Source: Podarcis pityusensis
Lineage: Eukaryota
Assembly (NCBI GenBank): GCA_964106645.2
Contig: OZ067044.1
Length of the DNA stretch: 64,000 bases
Reading direction: 5' to 3' (one strand)
Each line of letters opens with the position of its first letter. Positions within the stretch are counted from its first letter, which is position 1. Both the position numbers and the translations under genes were made by a program. The notes under the pieces were generated by a model. The model saw nothing but the letters and a program-made list of their open reading frames with translations. It did no database searches and was not told where the DNA came from. Below, piece by piece: positions 25,732 through 36,898 of this stretch.

Positions 25732-25993
25732 CAGATTGTGAAGCTGAGGCTGAGGCTCCAATATTTTGGCCACTTCATGAGAAGAGAAGACTCCCTGGAA
25801 AAGACCCTGATGTTGGGAAAGATGGAGGGCACAAGGAGAAGGGGACGACAGAGGACGAGATGGTTGGACAGTGTTCTCGAAGCTACCAGCATGAGTTTGA
25901 CCAAACTGCGGGAGGCAGTGGAAGACAGAAGTGCCTGGCGTGCTCTGGTCCATGGGGTCACAAAGAGTCGGATATGACTAAACAGCAACAACA
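25732..25993 (+). mobile_element. 5'-truncated BovB LINE 3' end
   Basis: Encodes LRLQYFGHFMRREDSLEKTLMLGKMEGTRRRGRQRTRWLD...DRSAWRALVHGVTKSR; (CAA)n-like tail; 12-bp TSD GCATGCCTTCAC (25720-25731, 25994-26005). Confidence 0.93.
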
Positions 25994-26253
25994 GCATGCC
26001 TTCACTGGCCTTTATTCCTCCTTATCACTTAGCAGAATAATAGTATTTTTTTTTTTAGAAAATAGAAGTTTAATTAATTTAGAATTTGGATTACTCTCAT
26101 GTAGAACATTTTTTTAAAGTATAGCATATAAACAACCTTGCTAATATATTTCTATATATCAGTAAAGAAGATGAGAAATCAACTGCATTTTATGGAGCAG
26201 GGTCCACCCACAACCAAAGTATATTGTTTCTTCACAAACTTGCAATAATAAAA

Positions 26254-26292
<39 letters not shown>
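26254..26292. repeat. (CT)n(CA)n microsatellite
   Basis: Read directly. Confidence 0.9.
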
Positions 26293-26858
26293 CATTAAGA
26301 AAATTTGTCTTCAGGGTTAGAAAAAAATGCCATGTGCAGTCTTTAAATGGATGATTTCTTCTAGCTTATCCCAGAATGGCATTGACTTGACAAATGTGGG
26401 AAAGTCCACAGCTGTGAGATGGGGGCTTAGGTTGTGGGCTCTTGGTCAATTGAAAGGTTGCATTAAATGTAAATTATAGGTCTGTTACTTAGATATATAC
26501 CCTTCTCAACCAGGTGAAAGGCAAACAGGTCCTGCACTAATTCACAGATGAACTTGCTGGCAAAAGCAAGTGAAGATGCAAGCAATTATAACCTTCATCT
26601 CGGATGAAAAGGCATTTAATATAAAACTATGCCAAACATGTTCTGCTTTCTTTTTTATATGAAAAACTTTGTGCTTTCTCCTTTCATATATGTTACGCAA
26701 AACGGGCAGTAACAATGGCCTTTTATTAAGGATTTATTGAAAAAAAACCTGTATTTTCACTGTTTTTCTTTTCCTTCTAATATTTACAGCTTATTATTAA
26801 CAGCAACATCACATTTCATCTGCACAAATGCCGAAGGGTAAAAAAAAGTCACACACAC

Positions 26859-27102
26859 NNNNNNNNNNNNNNNNNNNNNNNNNNNNNNNNNNNNNNNNNN
26901 NNNNNNNNNNNNNNNNNNNNNNNNNNNNNNNNNNNNNNNNNNNNNNNNNNNNNNNNNNNNNNNNNNNNNNNNNNNNNNNNNNNNNNNNNNNNNNNNNNNN
27001 NNNNNNNNNNNNNNNNNNNNNNNNNNNNNNNNNNNNNNNNNNNNNNNNNNNNNNNNNNNNNNNNNNNNNNNNNNNNNNNNNNNNNNNNNNNNNNNNNNNN
27101 NN
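26859..27102. other. N-run 3 (244 nt)
   Basis: Direct count. Confidence 0.99.
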
Positions 27103-27929
27103 ACTCTATCAGACAAATAAGATCTATCAGTCACACAACTTGAAGCCAATCCTAGAAGCATCGTCTCCACAAGCTGAACCTGTATGCATATAAACTAATG
27201 ATATCTCACCATTTCTTTTTAATCTTGGGTTTTAACGCAGCTATTCAAAGACACAAAACGGAATAAAAAAGACTGAGAAATGTTGCATTAAGAGGACAGT
27301 AACAGGATTAACAACGTCAAGAGTCGCAGAATACTGAAATGTTTTTGTATTAATAGAAAAACTTTACTGCCTTCGAGTCTAGAATGCAGGGCTAGAAACT
27401 ATGTACATTTTCTTAATCTCTCATAAAGGAAAATGTTTTTCTGCAAATATAAAGCACTGTGGATTCTTTCTTAAGCCCTTCAGTGTTATTAATAGTGGCA
27501 CACAGAAACTCAATGTGTACATGGAGGTGTTTGCTTTCAAACTACAAGGCTGGACTGGAGCACCACAACTAAAGGCTTGAGACAACCCCAACATTGGAAG
27601 AAATCTTTGGAACCCTCCACCAACAGCCTAATAAGGGTTGGGTATTCTTAATGAGCACCTAACACTGACTGGCTGGTGGGGAATGGGAAAGTGTGGGGAG
27701 AGTAATGGGTGGAATATCACAGAAGAGGGCATGGCTGGCTGGCTGGCTGGCTGGAACCCTGAACAGGATCACTGCAATAGCAAATTCAAGTGACTGAAGT
27801 GAAACAGGTCGATCCAAGGAAGTAGCTTCTACATATTTGGGGTACTCCCTGTGTATGCATCACTTCAGAAATAAAGGGAAATGGAAGGCTAGGGGAAGAA
27901 AGAAAATTGGATCATGAATGCACCTAACA

Positions 27930-28050
27930 CAGGTGTGGAGAATCTGTGATCCTCCAGATGCTGTTGAACTACAACTCCCATCATCCTTGAGCATTCGCTG
28001 TGCTGGCTAGAGCCTATGGGAGTTGTGAGTCCAGCAACATCTTTAGGGAC
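27930..28050. mobile_element. Palindromic hAT-type MITE
   Basis: agatgctgttgaactacaactcccat ... atgggagttgtgagtccagcaacatct form a long imperfect inverted repeat; starts CAGGTGTGGAGAA. Confidence 0.75.
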
Positions 28051-29204
28051 AAGCCTTAACAGCTTACAATGAGCATCCTGCAGGGGGATATTATGTTTGG
28101 AGGGCTATACATTGCAAGGTATACTGGTAGTACTGGTATCTTAATAGGTGCTGAAGCAAAATAATCGCCTGTGGTCATCTATTAGTCAAGTGCAAGACAA
28201 CCAAAATATTTTGCTTTGCCACATTTTAAGTTACCAGTTCTATCACTATTATAAATAATAATAAATACTATTTATTAATCAATCAATCAGTCACATTCTA
28301 CATGCATCTCAAGGTGATTTACAAACATTTACAAACATAGCAAATTATTACCAACAGCGTTTCAGTGTATGCTTTTATATTTGATAGTGTAATAATTTGC
28401 TACAATTAGTTATACACACCATATTTCAGTGGAAATATTTACTGTTCTATTTCTGGATCGTTCAGTTTCTCAAAATAGACTGTTTTACCTCTAAGTATAT
28501 AGTGGTTTTATTCTAGATTCAATTTAATTTAATTACAGATTTAATTACAAACATTTCTACAAATAAACAAAAATAGACCACCAATACAGTCAACCACTAT
28601 TTCATGCGGGGGTTTCGTTCCTGGTCCCTGAATACCCCCCGCTCTGCCCCCCTTCCATCCTTTTAGTGACATGTTTTGTGACATTTCTGGTCACTTCTGG
28701 GTTCGGCACCATGAACACATGCATGTCTTTCAGACACATGTTAGTTGGTTGTTGCCTGTTCACACAATCTACATGGCCTATTCAATGACAAGTTCTAATG
28801 TGCAGCAATATTATATTAATAGTATCCATTTTAGCCTGATGCTGAATCACAAAAATACTATGGAAAGCAAAGCAAGAGAGCCCTTATTTTTAGGTATGCA
28901 CAAAATTATATATAGCAGTTTTCTTAAGCTAATCAAGATCAATATCAAGAAATGAAATTTGTATCCTCTTAGCAAAATGCCTTCATAACAAATTGAAAGA
29001 GGAGAAATTATGGATATTTAAGGTCAAGGAAGAAAGGTGCAATATCTAAATAATAAGATAAAACATGATAGAATATGCTAACCCCAAAACTTCATAAATG
29101 CGTACAGATAATTCTCTTTTATCAATCAATTATATTATGGAAATCAGTTTAGAATCAATGTCAAATAATTATGCATATGCATTTTCTCAATCTAAATACA
29201 ATTT

Positions 29205-29390
29205 TAAGATTGTGAGCTGAGAAGTCACCAGTTCAAATATTACCTCAGCCATGAACTCACTAGGTAGCCTTAGGCAAGCCATTAGTCTCTCAGCTTCAGT
29301 CCCACATCTGCAATATGGAGATAATAATACTAACTTATCTAAAAGGTCTGCTGTAAGGAATGCATGTTAAAAGCTTTGAACATTTAAAAT
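29205..29390 (+). mobile_element. Old MIR/CORE-like SINE relic
   Basis: cagttcaaat B-box remnant and CORE-like ccttaggcaagcc...tctctcagcttcagtcccacatctgcaatatggagataataatactaac. Confidence 0.7.
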
Positions 29391-29946
29391 GAACGATGTG
29401 TACTTGTTGTTGCTGTTATTATTTGTATTATAGTATGGTATTATAGTTTTATGCACTTGCTAGGATCCAAAGGGCTACTTTAGACACGCCAGAGGGTTTA
29501 GTGTCTTATATATTGCAGATTCCTATGCCATTCCACAAACTGCCTTTGAAAGTCCTTGAAATTTCAAAAGTTGGGGCTCAGAAAACAGCCATTCAACGCT
29601 TGGACACATGAAACTACTTGTGCAGTTCACTGGATCCTAGCCAATGAAACAACTTCCTTTTAATCCCAACTTTATTTAAATTGAAGTAAAAGTCCCTATG
29701 AATACCAGTATCTGACATTTATGAACATTTTTCTCTAAGGATAAGCCTACCTGTATACTCCTGAAAGAGGCCTTAAATGCCTGTATTGCATATGTAAACA
29801 GATAACTTTATGCCTAGCAGGCATTTTGGGAACATCTGTCAATTTTTTTATGGAATGCACTGATTGTGGGCTATTGATTGCATTTAAACAAAGTTGTTGC
29901 GAAAAAAAATCAGCTAACAATTCGTGTAGAAAGAGTTGATCAATAT

Positions 29947-30134
29947 NNNNNNNNNNNNNNNNNNNNNNNNNNNNNNNNNNNNNNNNNNNNNNNNNNNNNN
30001 NNNNNNNNNNNNNNNNNNNNNNNNNNNNNNNNNNNNNNNNNNNNNNNNNNNNNNNNNNNNNNNNNNNNNNNNNNNNNNNNNNNNNNNNNNNNNNNNNNNN
30101 NNNNNNNNNNNNNNNNNNNNNNNNNNNNNNNNNN
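29947..30134. other. N-run 4 (188 nt)
   Basis: Direct count. Confidence 0.99.
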
Positions 30135-30927
30135 GCTTACTAGTTCTTCTCAGTGTATAATACTGCAAGATGAAGGAATGTACGGTACATGGAAAACACA
30201 GAAAACCAAGAGCATTTACAGATATACTAAAAGGTAAGGTATTTTATGATTTTTAATTCTCTTAAAATAAAAACAGGAAGACTTCTCCCAGAAACATACC
30301 CTGACAAAACTATGCTTACTAAAGTGAACAAATACATTGTGTGTATGTAACAGGAATGTAAAATGAATGCAGTATTTGCTTGCTGTTGCTGTTAACTAAC
30401 ATTCAGTGTCTTTCATTAAATCTATATCAAAGGTATTTTTAAGGATGGTACTAGAATTTTGTGTTTTAGAATGTTCAAATACACAAATGTAATGTGTGCA
30501 GGTTGGGGAAGGTCAAATAGATACAGTACGTGTTGTGTCATGCTTATGCATGTGGAAATATTTTAAAGAGAGGTGTGCAGTACAATTTTACATCCATTTA
30601 CTTGGTAGTAAGTCTAATCATGTTCAGTGGGACTTGGTCTCAGGTGAAGGTCTGCAACCTTAGGATTCAATACTCTTACTAGGGAGCCTCATTGAATACA
30701 ATGGGACTTCTGAGCAAACAGGCATCGGATCATCCTTAGTTTCCAGTTTGGTTGAAAATCAAGCATACTATTATTGTGCATTATGATAGAAACACATTTT
30801 AGAGGATTTGGCAAAATCTGGCACTTTTTTTCTTCAAATGTACAAGATGAAAACAGAAGATTATATATTTCTCATTCATGCACAGAATATCAATGCTATT
30901 GGAGCAAGAATACTACATTTTGCATAC

Positions 30928-31022
30928 TAAGGTTGCAATCCTGTAATATTTATCTGGGAGTTAATCCCATTGAACTCAATGGCACTTATTTCTGAGTAGA
31001 TATGTCCGGGGTTGCACTGTAA
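30928..31022. repeat. Short palindromic MITE-like repeat with TAA flanks; further decayed copies at ~30575-30740 and ~31725-31810
   Basis: TAA-ggttgcaatcc...cccattgaactcaatggc...gggttgcactg-TAA; central palindrome ccattga/tcaatgg. Confidence 0.7.
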
Positions 31023-33046
31023 GTTAAACATATAATGTAAACATACAGTATCAGTCATATGTTTTTATTACATTTTGTTTTTATTACATTTAGTCTGTAA
31101 TGCTATGACAACATCTTGTTTTTTGCCTTTCAGTATTTAAACGGAAGGCAACAAAACTAAGCAAAAATGTTGATCCTTTATTAGCTTTATGAGGTGAACT
31201 TTTGTTCATATTGCCTTTTGCTTTACATTATTCTGTTTAGAGACAAAGGAAGGCAACAGCAAAATTAATAGATTGCTGTACACTGAGAAAAGCTTCCCTG
31301 TGCAGCAACACAGTATTATTTGATGTGGGGCAGGGTTAACTGAGGATGACTTTAGCTGGCCTTGTTTTCCTAGGCATGACTGTGTTGTATTCTTTCGTGT
31401 GTGTTCTCTTTTTCTCATAGCCTAAAAATGTCTGTAAAATGAATCAATAGTACTTTAGCTTGACCTGGTTATTACCTATATATTTTCTGTGAGGCAGTAA
31501 AACAAAACAGGATAATTAGGTAAAAATATCATAACTTTTAAAGTTCATTTGTTTTTATTATCTAGTTATATAGTTTGGGGGAAAAAGAAAAAAAATTACA
31601 GGCAATTTGCTGACCCTACAGAAAATATATCTAAATGCAAAACAAAACAAAAATCAGGCTTATTTTATTGCACCTTTAAATACACAACATTTGTTTTGGG
31701 AGCAATAAATAAATAAATAAATGTGCCTTAATCCTATCAGAATTAACAGGATTTAAGCATTTAGCTCTGTACGTAAATCCTATTAAATTTCAATGGGATT
31801 TACGTGCACTTACACTTTCTCAAGCAAGCACCCTGTGTTCTTTTTATGGCCACTTCAGTTTAAATTGTCCTAAATGTTTAGTTCTGGATTGGTGGATTGG
31901 TTGAAATTCAGGAGATTAAGGTCACTAAAATCATGGTTTAAAGCACTAAGAGAAGAAACTGTTTTAAACCATGTTTGTACATGTATTTTCTAAACAAAAG
32001 TACATATGCATTGGTTGGTCTAACCAATAAAACATACATTTTTGAAACAAATGAATGCTTTTACTTTTCTTAGTTTTCACAGAGTAATCATTTTTCCTTG
32101 TGGAGCCTATTATTCTGCATTATTGTCTATTAACAGATGGGCAATTGAAATTAACAGAGTTCTGTTTGTTTCTGTACATATGTACAAACGCTAAGCAATA
32201 CCTTTTACTTAATGTCTTACAGAGCATTCCTAAGTATAGGAAGCTGGCACAAGTTGCCCCTATTCCAAACTCCATTCAGAAACAGGACTACTGCCAGCTG
32301 AGATGGAGTGAACCTGGAAAAGGGGAAACAAGCTTTTAAAACAGAATTTGACTTGCACTACTACATTACTAGCTAGATGGATCAACTGTCTGCATCAGTA
32401 TAAGCAAGCTTCTTATGTTCACTTGGTGAAGGAATCCTGCAGTGGAAGTGGGGAAGGAACAGTGCCCTGTATCCGCAGTGCCCTGTTGGTATCCATCTAC
32501 ACACAGGCACTGCACCAGCTGTGGACTGGATGAAGCCCAATCTCCAGAGCAAATTTTACAAAAGCAGATTCATTTTTAATGGTGGGAACCATGCGAACGA
32601 CTTTCCTGTTGCTATTTTCCATCTGTTCTAAAAGCACAGAAATGGAGGAATCTCACAGGCACCGTGGGATTACATGTAAATAACAATATGTGTCTTTTTT
32701 TACACACACACACACACACACACGTTAGCATGATGAATCTCATATGTTTCTGCTCTGCTCACATGGCTCCTCCAATTGGATATTATCAGAATGCTGCGGA
32801 AAGCAGTCACAAGGGAAGTGTCTTCCATGTCATTTCAGGCCAGTGCATGGATTAAACAATCTCTGTTCAATTCCACCCCCCCCCGCACACACATTTTATG
32901 ATGAAATAAACAGATTCACTAGTTTGCAGAAACACACAAGGCACCATAATTCCTAGCTACAAATTGGATAGGTTGAATGTGTAGAAGGCAAACAGGACTA
33001 CATCCACTGGTCCTGTTCCAACGCAGTATGACTGGCCAGCGTGGTT

Positions 33047-33298
33047 GAGAGCCAGTGTGGTGTAGTGGTTAAGAGCGGTAGTCTCGTAATCTGGGGAACC
33101 GGGTTCGTGTCTCCGCTCCTCCACATGCAGCTGCTGGGTGACCTTGGGCTAGTCACACTTCTCTGAAGTCTCTCAGCCTCACTCACCTCACAGAGTGTTT
33201 GTTGTGGGGGAGGAAGGGAAAGGAGAATGTTAGCCGCTTTGAGACTCCTTAAAGGGAGTGAAAGGCGGGATATCAAATCCAAACTCTTCTTCTTCTTC
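33047..33298 (+). mobile_element. Young tRNA-derived CORE-type SINE with L2-like tail and (TTC)n end
   Basis: A box tggtgtagtgg, B box gggttcgtgtc, CORE-like gctgggtgaccttgggctagtcac, 3' agccgctttgagactcc...aaaggcgggatatcaaat. Confidence 0.85.
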
Positions 33299-34954
33299 AG
33301 CCTTCACTCCAACATCCATGCGTTCAGTGCAATATCTGTAATAGTGGAAGGCTTTGCACAAACAACTTTATGTATGTAAGCTTCCACACAAATATGGTTA
33401 CCATTAGCATAGAGGTTGACGCACATACAGCTGGATGTTCTCCTTTTCAGATGATGAGCTCAGTACAGTGTTCAAATGCTGGTGGAGGTGGGGGTCAGGG
33501 TCAGCAAAGTTCAATGTTGGAGTAAGGGCCAGCAGGTGTATTGCCTCTTCCCTTCCATGCATTTAGTCTACTTGTGGAAGTGACTTTGTGAAAAGGGCTA
33601 CTATGTGAACATCAAAGGGGTAAAAGCATTTTTATGGACTGACAGGGAAAGAAAATAATTCCATTAGTACAGCCTTTAACCACACCAGCCAATGTCTCTG
33701 GGAGTACATTAGAGCTGCAACAGGAAATGGTTCCTAAAACATGGTTCTTATAAAATATGTAAAACTATTTTTAAAGACAATAAAAAGATTCATAAAATTT
33801 ATGACAATTTTTGAAATTCTCAAATAGTTAATATGGGATTGTGAACTGATCTGCTTTTTTTAAAAAAACAACAAACCTTCTTATATCAACTCCACTTTAA
33901 TCTGTTAAGAATTTGCTTGCACCAAGTTGGCTGTAGCCAATCCTAAAACTTTGTCTATCCTTTTCACTGCAGGATTCAGAAATTATTCCTCCACCTTGAT
34001 GTACAAGTAAAATAACCTTGGACACCTGAGAATTTATCTATGGAAACTGTATTTCACATTTATTCCATACATCTATATTCAGACTGAAGGAGAACTGTGG
34101 AACCCAGCAATTTGAAGAAAGCTATTTTAATGACATAAAATGTACTCTGGATGTAGCTTTTTCCAGATTTCAGATTTTTACTTCTGGAATGGGACCTCAT
34201 AACTTAATTCAAACAGGACAGGGAGATCTGTATTGAGGATGAACCGCAGTGGGAAAACAATGGGAATGTAACCAGTGTATGCCTAAGAGGCAAAACAGGT
34301 TATTCCTTACAAATAATGGAAATAAATGTTATCTAATTTCTGAAATTCCCTTATCAAGCTTGATCTGTCTCTGTGGAGTTTTGTTTCAGCTCTCTTATTG
34401 TATTTCTTACTAAAGACCAAAGTCACTGCTGATAAGACTTGATTTGAGATATAAGTGTAACATTCTATGATATCTTGTGGTGTAGGTAGTTCATTTAAGC
34501 CCAGGGCATTCCTGTACCACAAATTCAGAGAATCTTCACATCACTGTAACCAAATTGTGACAAACACACATGAATAATTGCAGGAGGTGGTGCCACAGGG
34601 TATACAATTGTTTCTGTATTCAAGGTGCTATACTCAGTCCATTCTAGTGCTCTCTGCTGAAATATGCAGCATGCTATAATCCTTTCACACTACAACATAT
34701 AAAATATTTGCAATCATTCTGATACAGTGCATTATATTTGCAACATAAATATATGTCAAGTACACAACGAGGAACATTCTGCAGCTGACAAGTTCATATG
34801 TTCTCTCTTTCACACTGCACAAATATGCAAATGTTTATGAAAATCAGTCACCTTCTCTCATATTGTGCTGATACTTTAATTTAGAACTAACTGAAATGGA
34901 ACTTCAAATCACATATGCCCCACACCTTGAACCAGTGCGTGCTACAGTGATTAG

Positions 34955-35289
34955 GTAAAGGGACCCCTGACATTAGGTCGAGTTGTGACCGACTCTGGGG
35001 TTGCGGCACTTATTTCGCTTTATTGGCCGAGAGAGCTTCCGGGTCATGTGGCCAGCATGACTAAGCTACTTCTGGCGAACCAGAGCAGCGCACGGAAACG
35101 CTGTTTACCTTTCCACCGGAGCGGTATCTATTTATCTACTTGCACTTTGACGTGCTTTCGAACTGCTAGGTGGGCAGGAGCAGGGGCCGAGCAACGGGAG
35201 CTCACCCCGTCAAGGGGGTTCGAACAGCTGACCTTCTGATCAGCAAGTCCTAGGCTCTGTGGTTTAACCCACAGCACCACCCACGTCCC
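34955..35289 (-). mobile_element. Sauria SINE, near full length with a small internal deletion
   Basis: Reverse complement closely matches 23538-23892; 15-bp TSD TGCTACAGTGATTAG (34940-34954, 35290-35304). Confidence 0.92.
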
Positions 35290-36784
35290 TGCTACAGTGA
35301 TTAGCAGTACCTTAAAATATGTGTTTATGTAGCTAGCAGAAAATAATATATGAATGCCTAGAAATAAAATCATCTTGAAGATTTCTAACTACTGTACATT
35401 GATAGAGAAAGTAATATAAATCCATATGGGTAAGTTTAGTGCACTTGCCAATTGACATAAAGGCACACTATATAATTCACTTTAGGTTACTGTTCACTTT
35501 TCCTAGAAAGTACACATAGGACTACAGCTTAACTTATTGTTTCATTATAGAAAATACAACCACACTAACACCAGTCATATTCTTACATGCCACTGATTAG
35601 TTGGGCCTTAGCTGAATAGAAAATCTTAATCTTCTCTTCCTTTTTTAAAAATACTGAGGAGGTAAGCCCTCTCCCACCTGCACACGTAGCTTGCTTTTTC
35701 CTCAAAGCTCAGGAGATTCCGGCAACAAAATCAATGTATGCATGTTCAGAACAGTTTTCAGGGTTTTGTAAGACAAATCTTTCAAATGGGAGCTAGTTTA
35801 ATGCTATTGAGCTGAGTTTCGATCTGACAGAGTGAGTGAACAACACAGAAACAGTTCACTTACCACTGCTCACACTACAGGAGGTTGCAATCAGGTACCG
35901 CTCTGTGCAAATACAGCTGTGCTATCTGCTATTTCTCAGTAAACTCTAGCACCACCTAATCCAGCAGTCATTTGTTTAAACAAACAAACAGATACATGGC
36001 AATTATGAAGTGTAATTGTTTAGATTTTCCCACCCCCACCCCCAGTAACAAAGTTCAATTAAGCCGATTCCAGTAGCTTATATGTAAAGCTATGCAGGTA
36101 TCTGGCAGTATTGTAGATCTTATTTTCCTAGTGCTTTACAAAAAGTTTTTCTAAACCATTCCCTTTAATAATGAACTTGGGAGATTACATGTTTATCAAT
36201 TTCGAAGTGAAATGGGACAATTTCCATAACTAATCTCATTGTCTGGAGAAGGAGAATGCGGATTCACATTGTCAGAGGCAGGAAATTGGAAGAAAACCCA
36301 GTTTCTCTTTCCCAGGGCCCCTCCTGCATTCATGACATTATTGGGGTGGTCATCCACAATCCTACTTTTGACATAGTTTGTGCGTACAAATGTTTTGGAG
36401 TAAACACAGTACTTCAGTTCCATTCAGTGCACATCCTGTAACAGCCTGGTGAAAACTGTAAATGTTTTGTTTCATTTTTGTTCCCTATACTGTACAGCAA
36501 TAATGTAGGGCTCTCTGTCTCTATAGCCACCACTCTGCTGTATTTAAACAAAATTTATAACAATAAAAAGCTGTAAAACAATAAGCGTCCCCTAGCTTAG
36601 AACAGCCAAGGAAAGTGATGGTTGGGAGTGCCCCCTCCCCTGCAAATTGCAATCCTCTGCTTCCCAGAGAGACCTGGACTTAACAGCGTTATAAAGCTCC
36701 TGTTCCAGGCCATATATGGCTTGAGTAAGAAGACTTGTGTGGAGTATAGATTGATAGAATCATTTGTGTGGAGTATAGATTGAT

Positions 36785-36898
36785 AGAATCATAGAATCGT
36801 AGAATTGGAAGGGACCACAAGGGCTATTTGGTCCTCCCCCCTGCAAATGCAGGAATCTTTTGCCCAACTGAGACTCATGTTCTATCAGCTAAGCTATC
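36785..36898 (-). mobile_element. tRNA-Lys/CR1-tail SINE, internally deleted
   Basis: tagaatcatagaatcgtagaattggaaggga...tgcaggaatcttttgcccaac|tgagactcatgttcta...agctatc is the reverse of the 21257 family. Confidence 0.75.

Noticed and set aside
25732-25993. BovB as bovine contamination or a new horizontal transfer
   Set aside because: BovB is well known in squamates, and this copy is integrated with a TSD in lizard-type flanks.
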